DNA from: an uncultured Ruminococcus sp.
GTDB lineage: Bacteria > Bacillota > Clostridia > Oscillospirales > Ruminococcaceae
Direction of reading: 5' to 3'
NCBI GenBank assembly: GCA_937910385.1
Contig: CALEPT010000123.1
Location: forward strand, 26,080 to 90,079
Length of the DNA: 64,000 bases
Positions 1-9,734 of this stretch are shown here, piece by piece. The stretch's first letter is position 1. Each line of letters opens with the position of its first letter. The translations under genes were made by a program, and so were the position numbers. The notes below the pieces were generated by a model, which had not been told where the DNA came from, ran no database searches, and saw only the letters and a list, made by a program, of their open reading frames with translations.

Positions 1-827
1 CGCACATCGACCAGATAGGCATGATAGTCAACTATATAACCGACGACGGCTTCATAAAGTTCTCCGCGCTCGGCGGACTCGACCGACGTCTGCTCCCCGC
101 GCAGCCTGTTATCGTTCACGGAAAGCGTGATATCTGCGGAGTTATATGCTCAGTTCCTCCTCATCTCACGAGCGGAGCGGCGGAGGTGCTGCAATTTGAC
201 GAGACCGCGATAGACACGGGAATGACAAAGGAGGAGCTCTCCGAGATAGTGCAGCTCGGCGACACGATAACCTTTGACGTTAAGTGTCGTGAGCTTGTCG
301 GCAGCAGAGTCGCCGGCGGTGCATTTGACGACCGCTGCGGCATAGCCTCGATACTCTATGCGCTGGAGCTCCTGAAAGACAAGGAACTGAAATACCGCGT
401 AAAAGTGGTGTTTTCGTCTCAGGAGGAGCTTGGCGAGCGCGGTGCGAAGATAGCTGCGGCGCGTATCTGCCCCGACGTGGCTCTTGCGGTAGACGTGAGC
501 TTCGCTTATGCACTCGGCGAGGACGAGCTCAAGTGCGGAAAGCTCGGCAAGGGACCAATGATAGGCATCGCCCCCTCGCTCTCGCGCGATATATCCAACG
601 GACTTATTGAGACCGCCAAAGCCGAGGATATCCCCTGCCAGACTGAGGTCATGAACGGTTCGACGGGCACGAATGCTGATCAGTATTCAGTCGGAGGAAC
701 AGGTGCGAAGGCGTGTACTGTCTCGATACCGCTTCGCAATATGCACACTCCCGCCGAGGTCATCGACCTTATTGACGTGGAGCTGACAGGGCGGCTCATT
801 GCCGCATTTATCGGGAGGGGAGAATGA
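1..827 (+). CDS. M42 family (TET-like) aminopeptidase, 5'-truncated by window edge
   Basis: Frame open from the window start (HIDQIGM, M42 metal motif); also DDRCG, QEE, GTNAD and MHTP motifs. Confidence 0.9.
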   Translation, partial: HIDQIGMIVNYITDDGFIKFSALGGLDRRLLPAQPVIVHGKRDICGVICSVPPHLTSGAAEVLQFDETAIDTGMTKEELSEIVQLGDTITFDVKCRELVGSRVAGGAFDDRCGIASILYALELLKDKELKYRVKVVFSSQEELGERGAKIAAARICPDVALAVDVSFAYALGEDELKCGKLGKGPMIGIAPSLSRDISNGLIETAKAEDIPCQTEVMNGSTGTNADQYSVGGTGAKACTVSIPLRNMHTPAEVIDLIDVELTGRLIAAFIGRGE

Positions 828-1852
828 CTATGAAAGAGCTTTTAAAGGAGCTTTGCCTCATTGACGGCGTTTCGGGTGACGAGACCGCAGTCCGCGAGGC
901 AATAACCGAAAAGATAAAGAATGTCTGCGACGAATATTATACAGACAAGCTTGGCAGCCTCATCTGCTTCAAAAAGGGCAGAAAGACTCCCGCGCATAAG
1001 CTCATGATATGCGCTCATATGGACGAAGTGGGCTTTATTGTAACGGCGATACACAGTGACGGTACTCTCGCTTTTGATACAGTCGGCGGAGTTGATGCCT
1101 CTGTGGTCATAGGTCGGCAGGTGAGAGTCGGGAAAAAGCGGATAAACGGAGTTGTCGGCTCTACCGCTGTACACAATCTCTCAAAGGAGCAGCGCGAAAA
1201 GGCGCCGAAGATAAAGGAACTCTACATTGACATCGGTGCGTACAGCAAGGAAGAAGCTGAAAAGCACGTTTCGTACGGAGACTGCGTTTACTTCGCCTCG
1301 GAGTTCGTGCAGCTCGGCGAGCGCAGAGTGCGATCAAAGGCGATAGACGACCGTGCAGGCTGCGCTATGATGATACGCCTCATGCACGAGGAGTTAGAAT
1401 ACGATACATACTTCGTTTTCAATGTTCAGGAGGAGATAGGTCTGCGGGGCTCGCGCGTTTCGGCGACGGCTCTTGCACCTGACTTTGCAATAGTTCTTGA
1501 AGCCACGACCGCTGCCGACATCGACGGCGCGGAGGGCGGAAAAAGAGTCTGCTCTCTTGGCGGAGGTCCGGTCGTCTCTTTCATGGACAGGAGCACGGTC
1601 TACGACAAGGAGCTTTACCGTCTCGCGTTCGATATCGCGGCGCAGGAGGGCATTCCATGCCAGACCAAGACCATGATAGCAGGCGGCAACGACGCGGGTG
1701 CTATCCACATAAGCGGAACGGGAGTGCGCACTATCGCCGTTTCTGTGCCGTGCAGATACCTGCATTCGCCGTCGAGCGTCATTCAGACGAGCGACCTTGA
1801 CGATTCCTACACACTTGTGAAAAAACTCGCACAAAGGATATGTGAGCTATGA
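824..1852 (+). CDS. M42 family aminopeptidase (second paralog)
   Basis: AHMDEVG, DDRAG, QEEIG, GGNDAG and YLHSP motifs; ATGA overlap with upstream gene. Confidence 0.92.
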   Translation: MTMKELLKELCLIDGVSGDETAVREAITEKIKNVCDEYYTDKLGSLICFKKGRKTPAHKLMICAHMDEVGFIVTAIHSDGTLAFDTVGGVDASVVIGRQVRVGKKRINGVVGSTAVHNLSKEQREKAPKIKELYIDIGAYSKEEAEKHVSYGDCVYFASEFVQLGERRVRSKAIDDRAGCAMMIRLMHEELEYDTYFVFNVQEEIGLRGSRVSATALAPDFAIVLEATTAADIDGAEGGKRVCSLGGGPVVSFMDRSTVYDKELYRLAFDIAAQEGIPCQTKTMIAGGNDAGAIHISGTGVRTIAVSVPCRYLHSPSSVIQTSDLDDSYTLVKKLAQRICEL

Positions 1853-2646
1853 TAAAACTTATCGAACACGAGCACGAGCTCGACCGTAAGCTTCTTATGA
1901 AAACGCTTTCGGGCAAGAAAATGCTCTCATATATGAGAGCATACGGACCAAATTACGAGTTCTGCCGCTTTTATAAAATAACCGACGAGACTGGCGAGGG
2001 GTATATGTTCATCATAAACTCCACACTGATAATCTGCGGGGACGGCAGTCTCAGGGCGAGCGAGGAGATAAACCTGTTCGTGAGCATGAATGTGCCGTTC
2101 CGTATTGAGGGTGACCAGAGCATATTAGAGGGGATAAAGCTCACCGAGCGCTATCAGGTTCTCAACCGCACTATATTCGAGTTGATACCCGACGACGCTC
2201 CGCTCGAAGCCATTGAGGAGCATGTTGAGTTCAACCCCAAGCTCACGGACGTTTACGCGATACTTAGCGAGGGATTCCCGAATATTGCGGATTTTTCGCT
2301 ATGGTATACAGACACCTCTCATCGCTGCCGCCACGGGATAAGCAGAGTTTTCACATACAGAAACTCTACTACCGCGTCCGCAGTCTTTGACATCGGAAGC
2401 ACTGTTCTTATCGGGCAGGTCGCAACGACTGTTGCTGCCCGCGGACGCGGCTATGCAAGAGAATTTCTGCGCTGGCTCGCTAAGTTCTTCAACGGACTCG
2501 GCAAGCGTGCGTATCTGCTTGCGCTCGACGTGCGCGTGAGCTTCTACGAGGAGATAGGCTTTGAGGTCGTGGGACGAGAGATAGTCCTCGAACGTATCGA
2601 CGTCGAAAAGGACAGCATTGCAAAGGGTATGCTCGAAGAAGTATGA
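1849..2646 (+). CDS. GNAT family acetyltransferase
   Basis: C-terminal VAT..ARGRGYA acetyl-CoA motif and FYEEIGF. Confidence 0.8.
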   Translation: MIKLIEHEHELDRKLLMKTLSGKKMLSYMRAYGPNYEFCRFYKITDETGEGYMFIINSTLIICGDGSLRASEEINLFVSMNVPFRIEGDQSILEGIKLTERYQVLNRTIFELIPDDAPLEAIEEHVEFNPKLTDVYAILSEGFPNIADFSLWYTDTSHRCRHGISRVFTYRNSTTASAVFDIGSTVLIGQVATTVAARGRGYAREFLRWLAKFFNGLGKRAYLLALDVRVSFYEEIGFEVVGREIVLERIDVEKDSIAKGMLEEV

Positions 2647-2684
2647 GGGGTGTCTCCGACGTATCCAAAATGGCAATTCTGTTT

Positions 2685-2724
2685 CTGCCCCTGCAAAGGT
2701 AAGTGTATCCCTTTGGGATCCCAT
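2685..2724 (-). repeat. REP-like palindromic repeat (partner of 4201-4257)
   Basis: Reverse complement ATGGGATCCCAAAGGGATACACTTACCTTTGCAGGGG resembles ATGGGATTCAAAAGGGACATATGTCCCTTTTGCAGGGG at 4201. Confidence 0.55.
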
Positions 2725-2754
2725 TCATAATATAAATTATTTTAAGGTGTTAAA

Positions 2755-4017
2755 ATGAATAAAAAAATAAATGAGATATACGGTTTTGATGAGAAGCTAT
2801 TAGAGCTTGCAGAGCAGGCGGAGAGAAGCTGTGCTGAGACGTTTGCAAGGATAGATTCCGTTGCGGAATACTGCGGCGCAAAGGTGCTCAAAGCGTTTGC
2901 TGACAACAGAGTCAGCGAGCCGTGCTTTTACGGCTCAACAGGCTACGGCTACGGCGATATCGGAAGAGAAACTATCGACAAAGTGTTCGCTCAGGCGCTC
3001 GGTACGGAGGACGCGCTTGTGCGGTTCAACTTCGTTTCGGGTACTCACGCGCTGTCTGTAGCGCTGTTCGGAGTACTGCGCACGGGCGACAAAATGGTGT
3101 CGATAACGGGAAAGCCCTACGACACGCTTGAGGAAGTCATCGGTATTTCGGGGCAAAAAGGGAACGGCTCTCTTGCCGACTACGGCGTTGAGTACGGACA
3201 GGTCGATCTTTTGCCCGACGGTTATCCCGATCTTGAGGGCATAACGGAGGCTGTCAGAGATGCGAAAATTGCCTATATACAGCGCTCTCGCGGGTATTCT
3301 CTGCGCCGCGCATTTACGGTCGCGGACATTGAAAAAATGGTGAAAGCCGCTAAAAAGGGCAATCCCGACATTATTATAATGGTGGACAACTGCTACGGCG
3401 AGTTCGTCGAGGAGCGTGAGCCCTCCGCAGTCGGGGCAGACATCATGATAGGCTCACTTATCAAGAATGCGGGAGGCGGTATTTCGCGCACGGGCGGATA
3501 TATCGCAGGCAGAGCCGACCTTGTGGAGCTTTGCTCATACCGACTGACATGCGTGGGCATGGGCAAGGAGGTAGGCTGCACCCTCGGTATGAACCGCGAA
3601 ATGCTGCTCGGACTTTTCTTTGCACCCGACGTTGTTGCAAGCGCGATAAAGACCTCCGCATTCGCAAGCGAACTTTTCACACAGCTCGGCTACGAGTGCT
3701 CTCCCCGAAAGGACGACCCGCGCGGCGATATAATCACAGCGGTGAAGCTCGGCAGCGCGGAAAAGATGTGTGCGTTCTGCCGCGGAATACAGAAGGGCGC
3801 TCCCGTGGATTCGTTCGTGACCCCCGAGCCGTGGGATATGCCGGGGTACTCCGATCAGGTCATTATGGCGGCAGGCGCATTCACAAACGGAGCTTCGATA
3901 GAGCTCTCTGCGGACGGACCTCTGCGCAAGCCGTATGCTGTCTGGATGCAGGGCGGTATCACCTACACGAGCGGCAAGCTCGGCGTAATGCTTGCCGCGC
4001 AGGAGATGCTGGGTTGA
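2755..4017 (+). CDS. YnbB-like PLP-dependent methionine gamma-lyase family ('aluminium resistance') protein
   Basis: STGYGYGDIGR, SGTHAL, VDNCYGEFVE and GSLIKNAGGG motifs. Confidence 0.9.
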   Translation: MNKKINEIYGFDEKLLELAEQAERSCAETFARIDSVAEYCGAKVLKAFADNRVSEPCFYGSTGYGYGDIGRETIDKVFAQALGTEDALVRFNFVSGTHALSVALFGVLRTGDKMVSITGKPYDTLEEVIGISGQKGNGSLADYGVEYGQVDLLPDGYPDLEGITEAVRDAKIAYIQRSRGYSLRRAFTVADIEKMVKAAKKGNPDIIIMVDNCYGEFVEEREPSAVGADIMIGSLIKNAGGGISRTGGYIAGRADLVELCSYRLTCVGMGKEVGCTLGMNREMLLGLFFAPDVVASAIKTSAFASELFTQLGYECSPRKDDPRGDIITAVKLGSAEKMCAFCRGIQKGAPVDSFVTPEPWDMPGYSDQVIMAAGAFTNGASIELSADGPLRKPYAVWMQGGITYTSGKLGVMLAAQEMLG

Positions 4018-4025
4018 ATTATTTC

Positions 4026-4050
4026 GGGCGGACAATTGTCCGCCTTTTTG
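4026..4050 (+). terminator. Intrinsic terminator
   Basis: GGCGGACA-AT-TGTCCGCC followed by T-run just after the stop codon. Confidence 0.7.
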
Positions 4051-4200
4051 TGGGACTCTCTCCGCCCTCTGCTTGCGATGTTATTTCACTTAGAAGCGTA
4101 AGTAATTTTACTCTTTTAGTGAGATTTGAATTAATTTCCGCAAGCGATAGCAAACTATGGATTTGCAGGAAATGAGCGAGCTTGCGAGCGACAACGCGGC

Positions 4201-4257
4201 ATGGGATTCAAAAGGGACATATGTCCCTTTTGCAGGGGTTCGGGGCAGAGTCCCCGA
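4201..4257 (+). repeat. REP-like double-hairpin repeat
   Basis: AAAAGGGACAT/ATGTCCCTTTT and CGGGG..CCCCG hairpins. Confidence 0.55.
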
Positions 4258-4268
4258 TATAAAAATAT

Positions 4269-4316
4269 AAGACCGTAAAAATTGTGGAAATCCCACAGTT
4301 TTGACGGTCTTTTTTT
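4269..4316 (+). terminator. Terminator-like hairpin insulating the phage-like operon
   Basis: AAGACCGT..TGTGG/CCACA..ACGGTCTT followed by T-run. Confidence 0.6.
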
Positions 4317-4432
4317 GTGCACTCATACAAAGATGAAAATTATTTTTTCAATATTCAATGGTTTTGCGTTTAATCATACCCTTTTTCTGACCCCTTATGA
4401 ACGGTGATACCGCTCGGAAGGAGGTCATTTTA

Positions 4433-4918
4433 TTGCAGGACAATAAATCAAAACAGGAGGCATTCTGCTGTTGGTATGCAATGCTTGGTAACGCTGCCGA
4501 AGCTGCTGAAAGAGCAGGTTTTGACAGGGAAAGCGCTCTTATCGAGGGACTGAAATGCCTGAAAAGCGTGAAATGCAGGGAGAAGATCGCTGAGCTGAGA
4601 GGACTTCTCACAGACAGCGGAAACATCTCTGCAGGTCTGAAGAGACTTGCATTCGGAAGCTGTAAGGACGCGGTATATCTTGTATTTGCTGATGAGCTTC
4701 CGCCGCCGCAGGTCATCGAGGGACTTGATCTTTTCAACGTCTCCGAGATAAAGCGCGTCAAGGGCGGAGGCGTTGAGGTCAAGCTGTTCGACAGGCTAAA
4801 GGCGCTTGAAAAGCTCTTTGAGCTTGAAACCGCTTTCTCTGACAGAGACAAGGCAGCGAGCCTTATAATGGCGCTTACCGGAACTGACGAGGAGAGTGAC
4901 GGCGTTGACGATAACTAA
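4433..4918 (+). CDS. Terminase small subunit
   Basis: N-terminal KQEAFCCWY..NAAEAAERAGF HTH and C-terminal EVKLFDRLKALEKL typical of TerS; GGAGG RBS before TTG 4433; overlaps the TerL start. Confidence 0.8.
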   Translation: MQDNKSKQEAFCCWYAMLGNAAEAAERAGFDRESALIEGLKCLKSVKCREKIAELRGLLTDSGNISAGLKRLAFGSCKDAVYLVFADELPPPQVIEGLDLFNVSEIKRVKGGGVEVKLFDRLKALEKLFELETAFSDRDKAASLIMALTGTDEESDGVDDN

Positions 4919-6149
4919 GCTCTCGAAAAAGCAAAGGCTCGCAATGAGCTGGTGGAAGTCCGAAAGGGGCAGAAAGCTTGATGCCGTCATCTGCGACGGT
5001 GCTGTGAGAAGCGGCAAGACACTTTCAATGTCCCTCGGATTCATGCTGTGGGCGTGCGGAAGCTTCGACGGCGGAGCGTTCGCAATATGCGGAAAGACAA
5101 TAACCTCTCTGCGCCGCAACGTGATAACGCCGATAATGCCTCTTCTCAAGGACTACGGCTTCATCGTGAGCGAAAAAGTCAGCCGCAACTACATCGACCT
5201 GACATTGCTCGGACGGACGAACCGATTTTACCTTTTCGGAGGAAAGGACGAGGGCTCGGCTTCGCTGATACAGGGCATGACGCTATCGGGAGTCTTTTTT
5301 GACGAGGTAGCATTAATGCCGCGATCTTTTGTGGAGCAGGCTCTGGCGAGATGCTCTGTAGCAGGATCAAAAATGTGGTTCAACTGCAATCCGGATAATC
5401 CGTCCCACTGGTTTTACAACGAGTGGATAAAAAAAGCGCAGGAAAAGCGTGCTCTCTATATTCATTTTACAATGGACGATAATCCTTCCCTCACACAGGA
5501 GCTGAAAAACCGATACAAGCGGCTATATTCGGGTACCTTTTACGATCGCTTCGTACTCGGGAAATGGACGGCTTCCGAGGGAGTTATTTATCCGATGTTC
5601 GATGAAAAGAAGCACGTTTACAGCGGAGATGTAGAGTGTGAACGGTACGTCATATCCTGCGATTATGGCACTGTGAATCCTTCCTCTTTCGGGCTGTGGG
5701 GACTCTGCGGCGGAATATGGCACCGCGTGAGAGAGTACTACTACTCCTCGAAACGCACAGGCATATCCCGTACCGATGAAGAGCATTATGCAGCGCTTGA
5801 GGAACTTGCAGGCAGCTGCATGATCTCAAAGGTCATTGTTGATCCCTCTGCCGCGAGCTTTATCGAATGCATACGCCGTCACGGAAGGTTCAGGGTCATC
5901 AAGGCGGATAATGACGTTGTCACGGGCATACGCCATGTAGGCACTGCGCTGAGGCAGGGAAAACTCAGGTTCCATGAATCATGCAGGGATATTCTCAGGG
6001 AGTTCCGGTTGTATCGCTGGAGCGACAAATCGGGCACTGACGCTCCCATAAAGGAAAATGACCACGCAATGGACGATATGAGGTATTTTGTAATGGATAT
6101 GGTCGGACAATGCCCGGACGACTTGATCGTTATGTCGGTGGAACGATAG
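4896..6149 (+). CDS. Terminase large subunit, PBSX family
   Basis: Walker A GAVRSGKT, Walker B VFFDE, NCNP coupling motif, nuclease DYGTVNP and DHAMDDMRY. Confidence 0.95.
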   Translation: MTALTITKLSKKQRLAMSWWKSERGRKLDAVICDGAVRSGKTLSMSLGFMLWACGSFDGGAFAICGKTITSLRRNVITPIMPLLKDYGFIVSEKVSRNYIDLTLLGRTNRFYLFGGKDEGSASLIQGMTLSGVFFDEVALMPRSFVEQALARCSVAGSKMWFNCNPDNPSHWFYNEWIKKAQEKRALYIHFTMDDNPSLTQELKNRYKRLYSGTFYDRFVLGKWTASEGVIYPMFDEKKHVYSGDVECERYVISCDYGTVNPSSFGLWGLCGGIWHRVREYYYSSKRTGISRTDEEHYAALEELAGSCMISKVIVDPSAASFIECIRRHGRFRVIKADNDVVTGIRHVGTALRQGKLRFHESCRDILREFRLYRWSDKSGTDAPIKENDHAMDDMRYFVMDMVGQCPDDLIVMSVER

Positions 6150-6302
6150 CATAAGGGTATCATCGTTCATTATGCTGCACGGTTTCGATCAAAGTATTGT
6201 AGATTGTGCGGAGAGTGACATTCCTTTCTGTACAATTATACTATATGAGCCCGCCCCTACAATGCTTATTAATATGACCGTGCCTATCCGAAAGGAGGAA
6301 AA

Positions 6303-7436
6303 ATGAAGCTTTTCAAAAAGAAAAAAGTCCCGAAGCCCGAGGTGCAGCTCGTATCGGCTCAGCGCAGCGCCTTGGACATGACGGCGCTTCCGCAGACGGT
6401 CGAACCGTTTGAAAAGGAGCTGTACGACAGGCTGCGTTTTGCAGTTCCGATAATCGACGCGGCGCTAATGAAGATAATCCGCCTGACGGGCGGCTTTCGC
6501 GTGATATGCTCGGACGAAGAAATGCAGGCTCAGCTCGACAGCTTTCTTGAAAACGTTCCTGTAGGACTAACTGGGAAATCTATCGGTTGTTTCATTGATA
6601 ATTTCCTTGACAGTATGCTGACCTATGGCAGCGCTGTAGGAGAGATAGCTGCCGACGAGAACGGTCTGCGGATAGCAGGTCTGTGGAACGGAGATGTCTC
6701 CGCCATAAAAATAGGAGAGGGGAGCACTCCGTTTTCACGCAGCTATTTTGTCCGCTCGGCAAACGGCGGACGCAAAACCGCCTCTCACCCCGAGCGTATC
6801 CTTTATGCCGAGCTTACGGGAGGACATTCGCTCCTGCGCGGACTTCCTGCGTTAAGCAGGATACTCATGCGAATATACGAGTGTATCGGTCAGAATTTTG
6901 ACCGTGCCGGAAATGTTCGTTACGCCGTGACATACAAGCCCGGCGGAGATTCGGGCGATATGATATATACCCGGGACAGAGCTCAGCAGATAGCGAGAGA
7001 GTGGGCGGACGGAATGAATTCTGCCAGATACGGTCAGGTAAAGGACTTTATCGCCGTCGGAGATGTTGACATCAAGGTCATCGGAGCAGAAAATCAGCTA
7101 TTCGATACCAATGTCCCCGTCCGTCAGCTTATGGAGCAGCTAATCGCAAAGCTCTCGATACCGCCGTTTCTGCTTGGACTCAACTGGAGCAGTACAGAGC
7201 GTATGTCATCTCAGCAGGCGGATATCCTGACCTCTGAGCTTGAATATTTCCGCAGGCTCTTAACGCCGGTCATCTGCGAGATAGGCAATGCGTATCTCTG
7301 CTCTGTCGGCTCTGAGGCAGTATGCCGCGTTGAATGGGAGAACATCAATTTACAGGACGAATCAGCTCTTGCAGAGGCAAGGCTGAAAAATGCACAGGCA
7401 AGGGAAATAGAACTTCGCCTTGCCGAAAATGAATAA
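6303..7436 (+). CDS. Phage portal protein
   Basis: Position after TerL, 377 aa, LSIPPFLLG motif typical of HK97-type portals, strong RBS. Confidence 0.8.
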   Translation: MKLFKKKKVPKPEVQLVSAQRSALDMTALPQTVEPFEKELYDRLRFAVPIIDAALMKIIRLTGGFRVICSDEEMQAQLDSFLENVPVGLTGKSIGCFIDNFLDSMLTYGSAVGEIAADENGLRIAGLWNGDVSAIKIGEGSTPFSRSYFVRSANGGRKTASHPERILYAELTGGHSLLRGLPALSRILMRIYECIGQNFDRAGNVRYAVTYKPGGDSGDMIYTRDRAQQIAREWADGMNSARYGQVKDFIAVGDVDIKVIGAENQLFDTNVPVRQLMEQLIAKLSIPPFLLGLNWSSTERMSSQQADILTSELEYFRRLLTPVICEIGNAYLCSVGSEAVCRVEWENINLQDESALAEARLKNAQAREIELRLAENE

Positions 7437-7452
7437 TTATACGGAGGTAAAT

Positions 7453-8454
7453 ATGTATAACGAAATAAAACTTGAAAAGGGTCTTTACAATCTCAGCGGA
7501 AAGTCATTCACCGCAGCTCTTGAGGAGCTTGACCCCTCCTCGGCTTATTGCGGAACTCCCCTTGAAAAGCTCGACGCATTCGAGAGACAGCTCAAGCGTT
7601 TCAATATCAAGGTAAGCGGAAGCGAATGTGACTGTGTAGAGAAGTTTTTCACTTCTACAGAAACAGCGGTGCTCTTCCCGGAATTTGTTACAAGATCTAT
7701 AAGAAAGGGCTTCGACGAGACTATCCTTTCTACAATATGCGCTGCAAAGACAGTAGTAAGCAGCGGACAGTATCTCGGCTGTGTGCTTGACGATTCAGCA
7801 GCGTACACGACCTCGGCTCAGGCGGCGACTCTTCCCACGGCTACCGTCAGAGAGAGCGAAACTGCCACAGTACTCGCGAAGTATGGCAGACTTATCAGTG
7901 CTTCATATGAGGCTGTGCGCCGCCAGAGACTCGATGTTTTCGGCGTAATGCTCAGAAGCGTGGGCGTTCGTCTTGCCGCAGCCGTTGTCAAGAAGGCTGT
8001 AGAAGTGCTTGCTGAGGACGCTGACGAGATCACTACAACAGAGCTTACTTATAACGATCTTGCTGATCTTTACGGAAGCTTTGACTGCTTTGATATGACT
8101 ACGGTCATCACATCTCCCGAGCTTGCTGCAAAGATAGCTGCGATGGATCAGCTTTCCGACAGTTCTGCCGATGCAGACGGAAGATTTATCCTGCCCTTCG
8201 GTTCTGAGCTCATCAAGACATCGGCTGCCGGAGCTGATACGATAATCGGTATCGACCGCGATTATGCTCTTGAATTTATTACAAGCACCGAGCTCGTTAT
8301 GGAGACGGATAAGCTCATCGACCGCCAGCTCGACCAGATGACTGCTTCCATAACCTGCGGATTCAGGAAGATAACTCCCGACGCAGTAAAGGTCCTTGTA
8401 ATAACCGATGGCGAAGAGTCGGAAGATGACGAGGAGACAGGCGGCACCGAGTAA
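7453..8454 (+). CDS. Phage major capsid protein (HK97 fold)
   Basis: Size and position; LFPEFV and KYGRLISASYE segments resembling HK97-type capsids; GGAGG RBS before ATG 7453. Confidence 0.75.
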   Translation: MYNEIKLEKGLYNLSGKSFTAALEELDPSSAYCGTPLEKLDAFERQLKRFNIKVSGSECDCVEKFFTSTETAVLFPEFVTRSIRKGFDETILSTICAAKTVVSSGQYLGCVLDDSAAYTTSAQAATLPTATVRESETATVLAKYGRLISASYEAVRRQRLDVFGVMLRSVGVRLAAAVVKKAVEVLAEDADEITTTELTYNDLADLYGSFDCFDMTTVITSPELAAKIAAMDQLSDSSADADGRFILPFGSELIKTSAAGADTIIGIDRDYALEFITSTELVMETDKLIDRQLDQMTASITCGFRKITPDAVKVLVITDGEESEDDEETGGTE

Positions 8455-8467
8455 TGATTTTTCCCGT

Positions 8468-8499
8468 GATACAGCCCCTGTTGGATACAGGGGCGTATC
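8468..8499 (+). promoter_or_regulatory. Intercistronic stem-loop after capsid gene
   Basis: GATAC-A-GCCCCTGT/ACAGGGGC-GTATC with no U-tract. Confidence 0.55.
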
Positions 8500-8520
8500 G
8501 CCATAATGAAAGGAGTTAAA

Positions 8521-9354
8521 ATGGATAAGACCACACTTGAAAAGATTAACCGATTCACCCGCAGAGAAATGACAGAAGATGAGGTATATACTTTTTCCGT
8601 TATACTTTGCGACAATGATATCGACCGCGACTGTGAGAGGTTTTCTGATGAAGCTCTTGAGGAGCTCAGTGCGGGATTTGTCGGCAAAACAGGTATATCC
8701 GACCACGACCCAAGCACTGTCAATCAGACTGCTCGTATTTTCGATACCAGCCTCGTAACGGACGAGAACAGAATGACTGCTTACGGAGCTCCTTACTGCT
8801 GCCTGAAAGCGGAAGCCTATATGGTAAGGACAGACGACAACAAGGATCTTATCAAGGAGATAGACGGCGGCATTAAAAAGGAGGTAAGCATTTCGTGCAG
8901 CGCCGCAAAGCGGACCTGTTCCATATGCGGCGCCGATCTTTCCACAGGCGGTTGTTCTCATGTAAAGGGGAGAAAATACGGCGGAGCTGTCTGCCATACC
9001 GTCCTTAGCAATATAACCGACGCATATGAATGGAGCTTTGTTGCAGTTCCGGCACAGGTGAACGCAGGCGTTACCAAGCGCTACTGTGAGCAGAGCAAGC
9101 TCGGAGCGGCAGCTTCTTCGGACACGATCGCAGCCGATGAGGAGCTTCGCCGCGATATACGCAGGCTCGCTTATTTCTGCGCAGGCAGAGCGGCAGCGGA
9201 TATTGCTTCCGTTTCCGCAGGCAGTATGAATACTATGCAGCTGATAGGTCTGAAAAAATCCTTTGAAAATCAGCTTTCAAAAGGCAGGACCGAGCTCCAG
9301 CTAAGAACTGAGGACGTATCGGAAGATAACACCTCGGAGTTCTCGATGAAGTAG
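8521..9354 (+). CDS. Putative prohead maturation protease with Cys/His (Zn-finger-like) insertion
   Basis: DRD, DH, EVSIS and EWSFVAVPA motifs of HK97-type prohead proteases; CSICG..CSH insert. Confidence 0.65.
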   Translation: MDKTTLEKINRFTRREMTEDEVYTFSVILCDNDIDRDCERFSDEALEELSAGFVGKTGISDHDPSTVNQTARIFDTSLVTDENRMTAYGAPYCCLKAEAYMVRTDDNKDLIKEIDGGIKKEVSISCSAAKRTCSICGADLSTGGCSHVKGRKYGGAVCHTVLSNITDAYEWSFVAVPAQVNAGVTKRYCEQSKLGAAASSDTIAADEELRRDIRRLAYFCAGRAAADIASVSAGSMNTMQLIGLKKSFENQLSKGRTELQLRTEDVSEDNTSEFSMK

Positions 9355-9364
9355 GAGGGATAAC

Positions 9365-9733
9365 ATGAACACAGAAACGGTAACATCTCTTTTCCTGCTG
9401 TTTTCTGGCGAAGAATCTGCGCAAGAATATGAACCTGTCATTGCATTGGCGATAAGACTCACATCGGAAATGCTTCTTCCAGAGGCTGATACGACAGATG
9501 TGCGCATAGATTTTCTTGCAGCCGCTATGGCGAATTATCACGTTCAGCAGCTTAAATGCGCACGTGACCGGACGACTGTTACCTTTGCGGGAAAAATGCT
9601 CACGGAGCATGACAGTTCTGCACTGAGGTCTGCAGGAAGGCTTCTCAAGGACTATATGCAGCTGTGTGAGGATATCATAAAGCCCAGGAGTTTCATTTTC
9701 GCAGGCTTTTCAGACAGCGAGGAGGAGATATGA
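9365..9733 (+). CDS. Hypothetical protein, putative head-tail adaptor
   Basis: 122 aa, helical, strong RBS; function from position only. Confidence 0.45.
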   Translation: MNTETVTSLFLLFSGEESAQEYEPVIALAIRLTSEMLLPEADTTDVRIDFLAAAMANYHVQQLKCARDRTTVTFAGKMLTEHDSSALRSAGRLLKDYMQLCEDIIKPRSFIFAGFSDSEEEI

Positions 9734-9734
9734 A

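Noticed and set aside
4300..4400. Sporulation-sigma (SigE/SigK) promoter for the phage-like operon
   Set aside because: CATA-type -10 candidates exist, but no correctly spaced -35 was found; unsupported
7453..8454. Capsid gene as an encapsulin
   Set aside because: Adjacent terminase and portal indicate a DNA-packaging head
7903..8997. Long antisense ORFs (also 37166-38107, 47137-47904 and others)
   Set aside because: Shadows of well-supported genes on the opposite strand; no recognisable motifs
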